Positions 48,497 to 58,443 of a stretch of 64,000 nucleotides of DNA are shown piece by piece. Origin of the DNA: Minisyncoccota bacterium (GTDB lineage Bacteria > Patescibacteriota > Minisyncoccia > Phycocordibacterales > Zambryskibacteraceae); contig DATDVZ010000007.1 of assembly GCA_036517475.1 (NCBI GenBank), positions 1,706 through 65,705 of the forward strand, written 5' to 3'. The position numbers and the translations under genes are program-made. Under the pieces are notes generated by a model. It was not told where the DNA came from and searched no databases. It saw nothing but the letters and a program-made list of their open reading frames with translations. Position 1 is the stretch's first letter, and every line of letters begins with the position of its first letter.

Positions 48497-49000
48497 ATGC
48501 AAAATAAATGTGGTTATATTAAAATTACTATAGTGGATAAAAAGAAAAAAAAGGCCTCAAGTGCATTTACATTGATTGAAGTATTAATAGTAATCGGGAT
48601 AATTGCGGTCCTCGCAGGAATAGTTCTTGTTGCCATTAATCCCGGCAGGCAGTTTGCCCAAGCTAGGGACACTCAAAGGATAAGTAACATCAATGCAATT
48701 TTAAATGCAATCGGACAATATACAATTGATAATAAAGGAATGCTTCCGGTTGGAATCCCCGCAAAAGGAGATAACCCAATTGAAATAGATCAGACTATCT
48801 GCTCTGCAATTGTACCGACATACCTGCCGGCACTTCCAACAGACCCATCATCAAGTTCCAAAGGTGCTTCAATTACTGACTGTGATAGTGTTGCAACAAG
48901 CACCGTTCTATACGCAATATTTCAGGACAATAATGGCAGGATTACTGTAAGCACAGAAAGGGGCGAGATCGGGACCTCGACTATATCTGCTACCAGATAA
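48497..49000 (+). CDS. Type IV pilin / type II secretion pseudopilin
   Basis: AFTLIEVLIVIGII..ARD..R; LPTDP. Confidence 0.88.
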   Translation: MQNKCGYIKITIVDKKKKKASSAFTLIEVLIVIGIIAVLAGIVLVAINPGRQFAQARDTQRISNINAILNAIGQYTIDNKGMLPVGIPAKGDNPIEIDQTICSAIVPTYLPALPTDPSSSSKGASITDCDSVATSTVLYAIFQDNNGRITVSTERGEIGTSTISATR

Positions 49001-49095
49001 CAAAATTAAGAGATTAAAATCCAAAAGAGGAAAATCTAAAATTTAGAATACGTGAAACAAAAACCCGCATTTCGCGGGTTTTTGTTTTGCATGCA

Positions 49096-49251
49096 ATATA
49101 GTCCCTCGTGGCAAGCCCCGAGGTAATTACGGAACTCGCTTCGCTTATCCATTTAGCGCGGCAAGCCGCGCAGTATTGGACTATATTAGCTCCTCGGCTC
49201 GGAAATGGAAAAGTAAAACTCTTCCATTTCTCTCGCTCTACGTCGCTAATA
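49096..49251 (+). mobile_element. Composite MITE-like repeat, copy 3
   Basis: ATATAGTCCCTCGTGGCAAGCCCCGAGG...CTCTACGTCGCTAATA. Confidence 0.8.
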
Positions 49252-49259
49252 AGGATAGA

Positions 49260-49460
49260 TTACATAGCTGCGCCTCCTGACTGCTTCTTGTAGGTGAAGA
49301 GAGAATAGAGTGCAGAAAGACCAACCAAAATATAAACAATCATAGAGATACCGCTGCCCAGAATACTCTCAACTACGTTACCAAGACCAACCCCCATCAG
49401 GCCCCAGTTTAGGCCTCCGATTACGAGCAGAACCCAGGCAACTGTTTGTAAACCTTTCAT
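49260..49460 (-). CDS. DUF378 family membrane protein
   Basis: LLVIGGLNWGL, IVYILVGLSALY. Confidence 0.9.
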   Translation of the reverse strand: MKGLQTVAWVLLVIGGLNWGLMGVGLGNVVESILGSGISMIVYILVGLSALYSLFTYKKQSGGAAM

Positions 49461-49600
49461 AATATTTTTTAAAAAAATATTTATTAAATCGACTCTATTA
49501 AATTATGAGGCATTCCCAGAAGCTTACAAGACCTTTTTCCCCAATATCTTATAGCTAAACAGAGCCCTAGAACGCTTTCTGTGTTAAAATAGTAAATTAA

Positions 49601-50086
49601 ATGAAAATAATCTGGGACAAAGTAACATCTTTTTCAAAGTTTTGCGCGCTGATTTTTTTTCTTTTAATTCTCCCTCTTTGGATTGTATATGTGATGAATA
49701 TTTACAAAGAAACATCTCACCTGTTAAGTAACAATAGCTCGCCAGTTTGTGAAGGAGCAAGTTGTACAAAAGAAACACAAGCAATTGAAAATTCAGGTGT
49801 TATGGGAACTGTAACAATTGGGGCCAAGTGCTCTGAAACCGAAAGGAGTAAGTGCAGTGGCAAGCCATATTCAGCACATCTTAAAGTTACTTACGAGAGC
49901 GGGAAAGTTATTACCCAAACTTTTGTTTCGCCAGACGGTAAGTTTCTTCTGCTTCTTCCTCCGGGAAGCTACATGATTTACAACGGCTCTGATAAGAATA
50001 CTGTCAGTTTTTCTCCCCAAAAGATATCAGTGGAAAAAAATAAAATTTCTTCTATAAATCTCTACTTTGAAAGCAATAGAGAGTAG
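49601..50086 (+). CDS. Membrane-anchored protein with carboxypeptidase-regulatory-like domain
   Basis: N-terminal TM, SGVMGTV, DGKF..LPPGSY. Confidence 0.65.
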   Translation: MKIIWDKVTSFSKFCALIFFLLILPLWIVYVMNIYKETSHLLSNNSSPVCEGASCTKETQAIENSGVMGTVTIGAKCSETERSKCSGKPYSAHLKVTYESGKVITQTFVSPDGKFLLLLPPGSYMIYNGSDKNTVSFSPQKISVEKNKISSINLYFESNRE

Positions 50087-50140
50087 TTTGATTTAAATTT
50101 CTTGATGTGCTAATTTGATATTGGAAGAAAGGAGGGCCAA

Positions 50141-50380
50141 ATGGAACCCCATCAAAAAGATCGTGAAAAAACAGCTATCTTTGAAAGAGCCTGTGCGGGT
50201 TGCAGAGCCGTTCTGCAGATCAATCCACAAAACATCAACCCAAGGATCCCGTATATTCTATGCCCTACCTGCGGACTTGAGTGTATGATTCCTCAGGACG
50301 CTATTTATATGGCCGAGCTGATTCTTAAGGAAAAAAGAAGAAAGTACGGCCGACGAAACAAAGCTATAAATCCCGAATAG
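50141..50380 (+). CDS. Small Zn-ribbon protein
   Basis: CAGC...CPTC; SD AAGGAGG. Confidence 0.65.
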   Translation: MEPHQKDREKTAIFERACAGCRAVLQINPQNINPRIPYILCPTCGLECMIPQDAIYMAELILKEKRRKYGRRNKAINPE

Positions 50381-50389
50381 GGATTTTTT

Positions 50390-50725
50390 TATAAACGACG
50401 TAGAGCGAGAGAAATGAAAAATTCTTATTTTTCATTTCCGAGCCGAGGAGTTTATATAGTATCCAATTATATAAACGACGTAGAGTGAAAAAGCGAAAAC
50501 ATGGAGCTTTTGCAAGGTCGGAGCACGACGGTGCGAGACAGGATCGAAAGATTTTTCAGTAGAAAAATACTTTTGATAGAGAAGTGAGAAAGTTTACTTT
50601 CTCACTTACGAGCCGAGGTGAGGAAGCGAATACATGGAGCCCATTCGGGTCTGAAAGACCCTCAGGGTCTTAAACGACTTCGCAAGACTTTGAGCTCCGA
50701 TACTATCGGAGCGAAAAGTGTACAG
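50390..50725. repeat. Stand-alone (50390-50456) and expanded (from 50470) copies of the MITE right-hand module
   Basis: TATAAAC-GACGTAGAG...CGAGCCGAGG. Confidence 0.75.
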
Positions 50726-50860
50726 TTCATGTAATGAAATTATATTGTACCAAGTTATATTGATATTTTTAAATTTTTTGAATGTTAACATTCTGTACGA
50801 TCGTACAAAATGTTAACATTGGTCTTTAAGTTGCCAACCTAGTTAAATTTGATTACAAAA

Positions 50861-51733
50861 CTACTGCTCTATACAATTATTATATTGCTTAACCTGATCG
50901 TTATATTTTGTAATATCTGATTTTACAACCGCAATCAGGTCATTAATCTGTCTTACAAGTAAGTTATACTCCGATACTTTTTGATTATAAGCTTCCCTGT
51001 TTGAGCGATTTTTTTCCATCTTTTCTAATTCAACTTCAAGTTGCTTAATCTGGGTTTCTAAACTTGAAATTTCATCCTTTTCACTATCTATTTTAGATTT
51101 TAGGGAAACACTCACCTGAGAGCATTCTGAAAGGGGTCTAGCAAACACTTGTACCGCCATCCACGTACTTTTACCCTGATAAATTCCCTTTCCAACAGCA
51201 ATGCCAATTTCAGTAAATTTTGTACTTAAAATATTTGCCCTATGACCCGAACTAGCCATCCATGCGGCAACCAAAGTCTCATCATCCTCAAAATTTCCTA
51301 AAGCGATATTCTCCCCTATTGAAATATATTCATAGCCAAATCTTTGTGCTTCTTTTGAAACACTTCCTCCCGTGGGAGATATATGCTCAAAATACTGATT
51401 TGCAAACATATCATCTAGCCTTGCTTTTGCTACTGCATTCAGAGTGGCATTTGATTCAAGTGTATTTAAATCAAGTCTAACTCTCTCTGCATTAGTAAAT
51501 TGAAACACTCCCCCAACTGTTAGAAATGCCCTTTCAGATTCAATTTTAGCAACAAGAGCCCCGGGGGTATTAACCTCCTGTTTTATACCCTCAATAATTG
51601 ATTCTATATTTAAATTTTCAAGAAGATTTTTTGCTTGTTTTCGAATCTCATCTCCTTTTTGAAAAAAATATAAGCCAAGGGCTAACAGCACTAAAACAAA
51701 GATATACAGCGCTCTTTTCCAGTTCTGTTTCAT
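50861..51733 (-). CDS. CAP/SCP domain protein with C-terminal coiled coil
   Basis: YFEH.SP.G, GENIA, WMASSGHRANIL, IGIAV. Confidence 0.92.
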   Translation of the reverse strand: MKQNWKRALYIFVLVLLALGLYFFQKGDEIRKQAKNLLENLNIESIIEGIKQEVNTPGALVAKIESERAFLTVGGVFQFTNAERVRLDLNTLESNATLNAVAKARLDDMFANQYFEHISPTGGSVSKEAQRFGYEYISIGENIALGNFEDDETLVAAWMASSGHRANILSTKFTEIGIAVGKGIYQGKSTWMAVQVFARPLSECSQVSVSLKSKIDSEKDEISSLETQIKQLEVELEKMEKNRSNREAYNQKVSEYNLLVRQINDLIAVVKSDITKYNDQVKQYNNCIEQ

Positions 51734-51846
51734 CCCAGTAGGAAATTTTTTAATGCTGGACTACTAATATTAAACAACATTTTATTAAAGATTTAGTCAT
51801 TTTGATGAATGGGTGTCTGTTGAAAATTCCTACGGGACAAGTGCAT

Positions 51847-52398
51847 TTATTTTGACTGGTCTACAATTTTAACTTCCTGAATACGTTCAATCTGTTTGTT
51901 ATGCTGCTCAAAAATCACCTGCCGCACTTTATCGGGATTTTCAACTTTATTCATCATGTAATCCTCACTGTGTTCGGCGGCGGTTTGAACTCTAATATCA
52001 CCGAATTTAAGAAATGTTGCTATAAGCCCGCGTACATTAATAGTTACATCCTGAATTTTATCAAATGGCAGATTTGAAATTTCTCTATGAAAAAGAGTCA
52101 TCTGCTCTATATCAATAATTCTTTTTTCGGTTATGTACCAAACGTCCAGATAGTAATTTGTCCATTGAATGAAAAACAATAACCAGAGCACGAGAAGCCA
52201 TAGACTATATCCAAAAAAGATAAGAACCCAGAGTTGCCCGGTTATATCTATTGAAGACTCAATATAATTTTCAATTACTCCAAGAAAAAACAGGGGAATA
52301 ATTGCCGCCAGAGCCAGAATAAATCCATAAACGAATATAACAATCCAGTGTCTGCGAACCTCAAATACTATTGTTTCTCCTGGATCAAGATAAAGCAT
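51847..52398 (-). CDS. Membrane protein with bacterial PH-like domain
   Basis: Two TM, ITEKRIIDIEQ, KIQDV, FGDIRVQTA. Confidence 0.8.
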   Translation of the reverse strand: MLYLDPGETIVFEVRRHWIVIFVYGFILALAAIIPLFFLGVIENYIESSIDITGQLWVLIFFGYSLWLLVLWLLFFIQWTNYYLDVWYITEKRIIDIEQMTLFHREISNLPFDKIQDVTINVRGLIATFLKFGDIRVQTAAEHSEDYMMNKVENPDKVRQVIFEQHNKQIERIQEVKIVDQSK

Positions 52399-52641
52399 TT
52401 AAAAAATAATTAGGAATATTAAAGACCCAGACAATAAAATTCCGGAGACTGTTAAAAATAATTTTTTCATTTTTCTTATGACAGGAGTATTGAAAGAATA
52501 ATTTTTCCAGTGAAAAGAAAGCATCCAGGCAAAACCGGAAAAAATAACAGCTACAAAAATAAAAACCGCAAGCATTAAAATCTTGAAATCTATGCTCTCA
52601 AATGGCATGTAGGCAAGGGCTAAAAGTGATTTATTGAGCAT
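52399..52641 (-). CDS. Small 2-TM protein
   Basis: Hydrophobic segments, FHWKNY. Confidence 0.6.
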   Translation of the reverse strand: MLNKSLLALAYMPFESIDFKILMLAVFIFVAVIFSGFAWMLSFHWKNYSFNTPVIRKMKKLFLTVSGILLSGSLIFLIIF

Positions 52642-52788
52642 GTATAAATTATACAATAATTAGTTAATCTTTAGGGTAATCTTGGGGGGAGCCCTCAAGA
52701 TTTTACTTACTGACTTGATTTTATTTTTATTTTATGATATAGTTTTTCATAAACCTGATCTTTCACAATCTACTACCAAGGAGGCAAT

Positions 52789-53433
52789 GTGCTCTCTGTT
52801 TTTAAAACGATTGCTTCGCATGCAGACCAAATCATCATTCCCCGCATTTCAGGCGATGGTAAAGTGGAAATTGCTATGATGCCCTACACTAAGGACAGGG
52901 GCACAAAAAATGCTTACATCACTCTCCGGCTGCCAACTGAGAGCCGAAGGAATGGCGAGAGTCTTATGGCAACTGCCATTCGAGGTGTTCGAGAAGAGGC
53001 AGCAAAAGATCCCAGTGACTTTGATATTGAGGTTTGGGGTATGTGCTATGCGGAATTTTTCCAAGATGAGCAGGATCCTGAGGGTGCGCATGTAAAAGCG
53101 GCAATCGTAATTCAACATGTCTGTAATCAAAAAGTTTGCACCCACCTTAGGGATTTCCCCAAAGTGGATCAGGACGATGCAGATGAATTCCATGACCCGA
53201 TGGAGTGGTTGGAAGTAAATGAAATTCTTAACGCACTAAGGAGACGGCGTGAGGGGAAACTCAAGCTCCTTTACTCTCATGGAGTTTCAATTTGCGCATT
53301 CCTTAGAATGCTTTCGACTCGCCTTCCCGAGGTTGAAATGTATTATCACAACTACCTTGAGGAGTATAAGGGAGTGCGGCTTACACCCCAGCAACACACT
53401 GAGCTCGAACGCTATATGGCTCAGGTGAAGTAG
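52789..53433 (+). CDS. Hypothetical protein with degenerate Nudix box
   Basis: LPTESRRNGESLMATAIRGVREEA; SD AAGGAGG; terminator near 53450-53478. Confidence 0.6.
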   Translation: MLSVFKTIASHADQIIIPRISGDGKVEIAMMPYTKDRGTKNAYITLRLPTESRRNGESLMATAIRGVREEAAKDPSDFDIEVWGMCYAEFFQDEQDPEGAHVKAAIVIQHVCNQKVCTHLRDFPKVDQDDADEFHDPMEWLEVNEILNALRRRREGKLKLLYSHGVSICAFLRMLSTRLPEVEMYYHNYLEEYKGVRLTPQQHTELERYMAQVK

Positions 53434-53495
53434 GTCATTTGGACTTCGGTCCCGGCAGATAATGCCGGGACTTTTTTTATGTTAAAATCTCACTG

Positions 53496-54581
53496 ATGCC
53501 TAAAAAACTAGACACTTCTCCATACAAAGGCGTTCGGGATTTCTACCCGCAAGACAAGTTTGTTCAGAACTATATTTTTTCCGTATGGCACAGGGTTGCG
53601 GAGAGTTTCGGTTATGAAGAATACGACGCGTCAATACTTGAACCATCAGAAATTTTCAAGGAAAAATCAGGAGAGGAAATTGTAAATGAGCAGACTTTTA
53701 CTTTTACCGATAGAGGCGGACGTGAGGTAACACTTAGACCTGAGATAACCCCCACTCTTGCCAGAATGGTTGCCGCCCGCAGAAGAGAATTGGGTTTTCC
53801 TCTTCGCTTGTATTCAATCCCCAATCTTTTCCGTTATGAAGCAACCCAGCGAGGAAGACTTCGTGAGCACTGGCAATTAAATGTAGACATAATCGGCGCC
53901 TCAATTCTTCAGGCTGATATTGAAACAATTCTGGTTGCTGACAAAATTATGAAAGAGTTCGGAGCAAAATCACAGGATTATGAAATCAGATTGAATGATC
54001 CCGCCAAAGGAGCAAACATTGATCAATTGATTGGGGCCCTGAAAGATAACGGTATTACAAATATAAAAATTGATGATACCTTGGCGCGCGGGCAGACCTA
54101 CTACACAGGAATAGTATATGAATTTTTTGACACATCTTCCGAGAATCCGCGCTCCCTTCTTGGGGGCGGCAGATACGATAATCTAACCTCCATGTTCGGA
54201 GATTCTTCTAACTTGGGGTTTGTGGGGTTTGGAGCTGGGGATGTGACAATAAAAGATTTTCTCCAAACACATAATCTTCTTCCGACCTATGAGAGTAGAA
54301 CCAGACTTTATATTGCGATTACTGATATTTCACTCTCACAGGAAGTAATTAATTTTGCTCTTAATTTGCAAAGCAAGGGAGTAAATACGGCTATTGACTG
54401 GTCAGAGAGAAAAGTTGGCGATCAGATTAAAAACGCGGCAAAACACGGGGTAAAGTTTGCCACTGTATTCGGAAGTGAAGAGAGTGAAAAGAAGGAATTT
54501 AGAATAAAAAATTTAGATACTGGCGAAGAAAAAACTTTAAAGGAACAGGAAATTCCGGATTTTTTGAAAGCTTCTCTGTAA
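53496..54581 (+). CDS. hisS: Histidine--tRNA ligase (compact)
   Basis: KGVRDFYP, LRPEIT, FRYE..QRGRLRE, ARGQTYYTG, GGGRYD. Confidence 0.95.
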   Translation: MPKKLDTSPYKGVRDFYPQDKFVQNYIFSVWHRVAESFGYEEYDASILEPSEIFKEKSGEEIVNEQTFTFTDRGGREVTLRPEITPTLARMVAARRRELGFPLRLYSIPNLFRYEATQRGRLREHWQLNVDIIGASILQADIETILVADKIMKEFGAKSQDYEIRLNDPAKGANIDQLIGALKDNGITNIKIDDTLARGQTYYTGIVYEFFDTSSENPRSLLGGGRYDNLTSMFGDSSNLGFVGFGAGDVTIKDFLQTHNLLPTYESRTRLYIAITDISLSQEVINFALNLQSKGVNTAIDWSERKVGDQIKNAAKHGVKFATVFGSEESEKKEFRIKNLDTGEEKTLKEQEIPDFLKASL

Positions 54582-54606
54582 TCTGTTAAGATTCAAAAAA
54601 TTATAT

Positions 54607-55182
54607 ATGCGTAAAATTTTTTTTGATATTGAAACAAGTGATGTATTTTCCGATGTCGGGATAAATGACCCTTCAGCTCTTAATATTTCCGTTGTTGGCA
54701 TATACGATTCCGAAAGAGAGGTATACGAGCATTTTCTTCAGGAGGATCTGACAAAATTATGGCCGATTATTGAAAGCGCCGATGTTTTGATTGGCTATAA
54801 TAGCGATCACTTTGATATTCCCCTACTTAATAAATATTACTCCGGCGATTTAAGAAGTGTACGAAGCCTAGACCTTCTTAAAGAAATAAAAAACTGCTGC
54901 GGCAGAAGAATGAAGTTGGATCAAGTGGCAGAAGGAACACTCGGCATTAATAAAACCGGCGCGGGAATGCAGGCAACAGAATGGTGGAAGAAGGGAGAAA
55001 AACAAAAAGTAATAGATTACTGTCTCAATGATGTAAAAATCACCAAGGAAATTTATGACTATGCTCTCGCTAATAATAAAATAATTTTTAAGGAGGGCGC
55101 TGAACTTATAACTATTCCTCTTAAGACATCACACTGGGAAGAAAAAATAGAAAAAGTACTGAACCATACGCTGCCTTTTTAA
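54607..55182 (+). CDS. RNase H-like / DEDD 3'-5' exonuclease (YprB-like)
   Basis: FDIET, GYNSDHFDIP, YCLNDV. Confidence 0.85.
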   Translation: MRKIFFDIETSDVFSDVGINDPSALNISVVGIYDSEREVYEHFLQEDLTKLWPIIESADVLIGYNSDHFDIPLLNKYYSGDLRSVRSLDLLKEIKNCCGRRMKLDQVAEGTLGINKTGAGMQATEWWKKGEKQKVIDYCLNDVKITKEIYDYALANNKIIFKEGAELITIPLKTSHWEEKIEKVLNHTLPF

Positions 55183-55197
55183 GTCGTACTATAAAAA

Positions 55198-55704
55198 ATG
55201 TTTAAATTTATCCAGCAATATTTTCTGAAAGAAAATAGTGCTGGGTTTACACTAATTGAATTACTTATTGTAATCTCCCTTATAACAATTATTTCCGGTC
55301 TGACATCAGTTTTAGGTTTTGATCTCATCAGAGTAGGAGGAGGCAGATCCGAGAAGGACAACCTTGTGAGTCTACTCCAGAGAGCAAGATCAAAATCACT
55401 GAATAATATAGGAGAATTGCGCCATGGAATTCATTTTGAAGTTAATCCTTACAAATTAACCGCTTTTTCCTGCAAGGACTGTGAAGGTTTTGAGGGTGCA
55501 TCAATTGAGTCGGAGTACTCCCCCGCAATAAAAAATTTTGAGATTATTTCTCCCAACATTCCCTTTGATATTTTATATGATCAGCTAAGCGGCAATTGCA
55601 TTAGCGCTCCCTGTGGAAGCGGAGTTGTAATCAAAGTAAGCGATGGCACAAAAATCAGCAACATTTTTATAAGTAAAGTCGGACAAATTGACGCAAATAA
55701 ATGA
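55198..55704 (+). CDS. Prepilin-type minor pilin (FimT/GspH-like)
   Basis: GFTLIELLIVI; LQRARSKS. Confidence 0.85.
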   Translation: MFKFIQQYFLKENSAGFTLIELLIVISLITIISGLTSVLGFDLIRVGGGRSEKDNLVSLLQRARSKSLNNIGELRHGIHFEVNPYKLTAFSCKDCEGFEGASIESEYSPAIKNFEIISPNIPFDILYDQLSGNCISAPCGSGVVIKVSDGTKISNIFISKVGQIDANK

Positions 55705-57107
55705 AAGACCGCAGAAAATCCCAAAGTGGTATTGTCACTATGGAGCTATTAATCGCTCTTTCAATTATCATTCTGACACTGACCTCAGCTACACTTTTGA
55801 CATTCGGCGTGCAATCAAACTTAGTCACAGCGCAAAATTATCAGAGATCAATCTACGAAACAAAAAAACTTATTGAGGATGCCAGAGCGCGGGCCCGTGT
55901 TAATTTTTTAAGTCTTAGAACTATACCGGAGGGCGATTTTGAGATTTATAAAAAAAACCTTTTCGTCTATCCTGAAGGAGAATTTGAAAAAAGAATTCTT
56001 GGGACTCTGGATTGGGCTGGCGGCAGTGTCTCCTTGAGAACCGCCCTGACTGACTGGAATAAGGGGAAATGTAATATTGATTTGAGTAAAAACTGGAGAG
56101 AGCCCAAAGAGTATGCTTATGCTGATCTTTCAAGTCCAAATAGTGGAACTGGTATTGCAATCAAGGACAAAGTGGCCTTTCTTACCTCAGACCCCTCCTC
56201 TGCTCCTCTATATGATTTTTATGCCTTTGATATCAGTTCTGTTTTTTACGGCAAAGGTGAGCTCCCGGTATTAAAAAGTTTTAGCACAGGACTGGGTTTA
56301 ACGGATGTAAAAATTTCAGGAAATTTTGCCTATGCAAGCGCTCATAGCGCATTGAATCAGTTAGTAATTATAGACGTTGGAGACCCGACAAAGCTCGGTG
56401 ACCGGGGCGTCAAATCAAGTCTTGATGTCACAGAGGTTGGAGACTCTGCATACGGCAACACATTATTTTTTAACAGCGATAAAATTTATTTAGGTCTTAC
56501 AAAATCAAATGGTCCGGAGTTCTACATCATTGATGTTACTGATCCTGCAAGCCCGAGTGTGATAAATGGTTCAGAGTTTGAAGTAGATGGGGCCGTCAAC
56601 TCTATTTTTGTTGAAAATAATACTGCCTACATTGCCACTGCTTCCACCTCGCAGCTTCTCACGCTTAATATTGAGAATCCCTCATCAGTAAGATTAATTG
56701 ACAAGTACAGCTCAAGCGCTCTGACCGGGCAAAGTATTGCTAAAAACAACAACATTATTTACTTCGGCAGAATCGGTGGCAGTGGAAATCCAAAACTTTT
56801 CTCGTTTTCTGATAATAATCTAAATTCCCCTCTCTGGAACATGAATATGGGAAGTCAAAGCGGAATATATAATATGTTTTTTTATAATAATTTACTTTTT
56901 ATGAATAATTCTGACCCCAATGATGGATTTCAGATTTGGGATATTACCGGAGCCGATGGAGAGACTGCTCCAGTACGGTTTGATACCGAAAATCTCAATA
57001 TTGAACAGGGCCAGCCAACAGGGATACTCTGCAATGAAGGTTTACTGTTTGTAGCCCAAAATGGAGAACGTGGATTAACTGTAATCGGTCCAAATCCAAT
57101 CCAATGA
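55701..57107 (+). CDS. Minor pilin with LVIVD-like beta-propeller
   Basis: GIVTMELLIAL; repeated GNFAY, IIDVTDP. Confidence 0.75.
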   Translation: MKDRRKSQSGIVTMELLIALSIIILTLTSATLLTFGVQSNLVTAQNYQRSIYETKKLIEDARARARVNFLSLRTIPEGDFEIYKKNLFVYPEGEFEKRILGTLDWAGGSVSLRTALTDWNKGKCNIDLSKNWREPKEYAYADLSSPNSGTGIAIKDKVAFLTSDPSSAPLYDFYAFDISSVFYGKGELPVLKSFSTGLGLTDVKISGNFAYASAHSALNQLVIIDVGDPTKLGDRGVKSSLDVTEVGDSAYGNTLFFNSDKIYLGLTKSNGPEFYIIDVTDPASPSVINGSEFEVDGAVNSIFVENNTAYIATASTSQLLTLNIENPSSVRLIDKYSSSALTGQSIAKNNNIIYFGRIGGSGNPKLFSFSDNNLNSPLWNMNMGSQSGIYNMFFYNNLLFMNNSDPNDGFQIWDITGADGETAPVRFDTENLNIEQGQPTGILCNEGLLFVAQNGERGLTVIGPNPIQ

Positions 57108-57568
57108 ACAAAGGAATAACTCTAATTGAGACTTTAATCTATATTGCGCTTTTCATTATAATAATGGGCGGCGCCCTTTTTGCTTCCTATTCAATTATTC
57201 TCTCACAGGAGTCAAACAAAAATAAAATAATCCTTCAGGAGGAGGCGAATTTCATTTATCGTAAATTCACTTGGGCATTAAACGGTTCTGTAATTTCCCA
57301 GATCAGCACTACTACCCTGAAATTAATAAAAAATTCTGGTGAGCAAATTAATTTTAGTTATGAAAGTCCTTATCTTTATATAGAGATTTTACCTGAGGGC
57401 AGATTACCGCTAAATTCCGGGGTTGTATCTGTATCAGATGTTGAGTTTAGAAAAACGACGGAGTTTGGTTATCCTGACCGAATTAGTATTGATTTTATTC
57501 TTACTGTATTTGACGGAGGAAGAAGTAGTTCAGAAAATTTTAGTTTCTGGAAATATTTAAGACAATGA
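57104..57568 (+). CDS. Minor pilin (PilW/GspJ-like)
   Basis: GITLIETLIYIAL. Confidence 0.85.
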   Translation: MNKGITLIETLIYIALFIIIMGGALFASYSIILSQESNKNKIILQEEANFIYRKFTWALNGSVISQISTTTLKLIKNSGEQINFSYESPYLYIEILPEGRLPLNSGVVSVSDVEFRKTTEFGYPDRISIDFILTVFDGGRSSSENFSFWKYLRQ

Positions 57569-58080
57569 AAATAAACTTACAACAGATAACAGACAACAAA
57601 CAACTTGGACAGCAAAATAATACTGCCTGCCCCGTTAAAGGACTGCCCTGCCGAAGGCAGTCCGTACGGACCATGGGGCAGATTTCCTTTAACGGGGGGT
57701 TTACAGCTTTAATGAGCGCTATAGTGCTTTCATTTCTTCTTTTAACTGTGGCTGTGACCATCGGAACAGTGGGCTTAAATAACCGACTCAACATTTCTGA
57801 AACTGAATTTAAGGAAAGAAGTCTAAATCTTGCAGAAGGCTGTGTAGATATTGCCATATCAAGCATAAACGACGGTTTCTTCCCAAGCAATCTAACAATA
57901 ACAATAGGCGAAAATTCCGAAGATAAATGCATCATTGTTTCTGCTTTGCATGGAGTTCCGGCAGCCAATTTATATGAGATAAAGACTAGGTCAGATATTC
58001 AAAACGCAGTTACTAATCTCAAAGTCGTACTGGATAAAAATAAAAATGTAATCACATGGGAAGAAGTTTCCAATTTCTGA
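57565..58080 (+). CDS. PilX/GspK-like minor pilin with repeat insertions in the leader
   Basis: GFTALMS.., LAEGCVD.A, C-terminal WEE. Confidence 0.75.
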   Translation: MKINLQQITDNKQLGQQNNTACPVKGLPCRRQSVRTMGQISFNGGFTALMSAIVLSFLLLTVAVTIGTVGLNNRLNISETEFKERSLNLAEGCVDIAISSINDGFFPSNLTITIGENSEDKCIIVSALHGVPAANLYEIKTRSDIQNAVTNLKVVLDKNKNVITWEEVSNF

Positions 58081-58139
58081 TTTTGAGATTTACTAAAGCT
58101 GTGATTATATACTCTCTTAGAAACAGCCGGAGTAGTTTT

Positions 58140-58382
58140 ATGCCCCAAAAGGATTGTGGATACCGTAGCCTGTATGAAGCGCTTATGATTCAGAGGTTGG
58201 CTGCAATTGATCAAAAGCAAAGAATTGAGAAGGAAATAGAGGATCTCAAATCAAGGTGTCCCCATAAAAATACAAAAACAAGGATTTTTGGTAATGCACC
58301 CCAAATGGTTCGTTATGTCAGAAAAATGTGTCTTGATTGTAACGGTGAGCTTATGTTTCAATTTCTTAAGCCAAACCCATAA
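58140..58382 (+). CDS. Small Cys/His (Zn-binding) hypothetical protein
   Basis: CPH...CLDC. Confidence 0.5.
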   Translation: MPQKDCGYRSLYEALMIQRLAAIDQKQRIEKEIEDLKSRCPHKNTKTRIFGNAPQMVRYVRKMCLDCNGELMFQFLKPNP

Positions 58383-58443
58383 ACCAATTCTGTCTAAGAA
58401 TTGGTTTTTTGATTTTTTTTATTACAGAAGTACAATGTGAAAT

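Noticed and set aside
49044-49059. parS-like half site (ACGTGAAACA)
   Set aside because: Left half does not match TGTTNCAC; not palindromic.
49108-49293. ORFs 49108-49293, 50606-50791, 18234-18419 and 28579-28764
   Set aside because: Translations of repeats, antisense RNA structure or alternative frames; no coding features.
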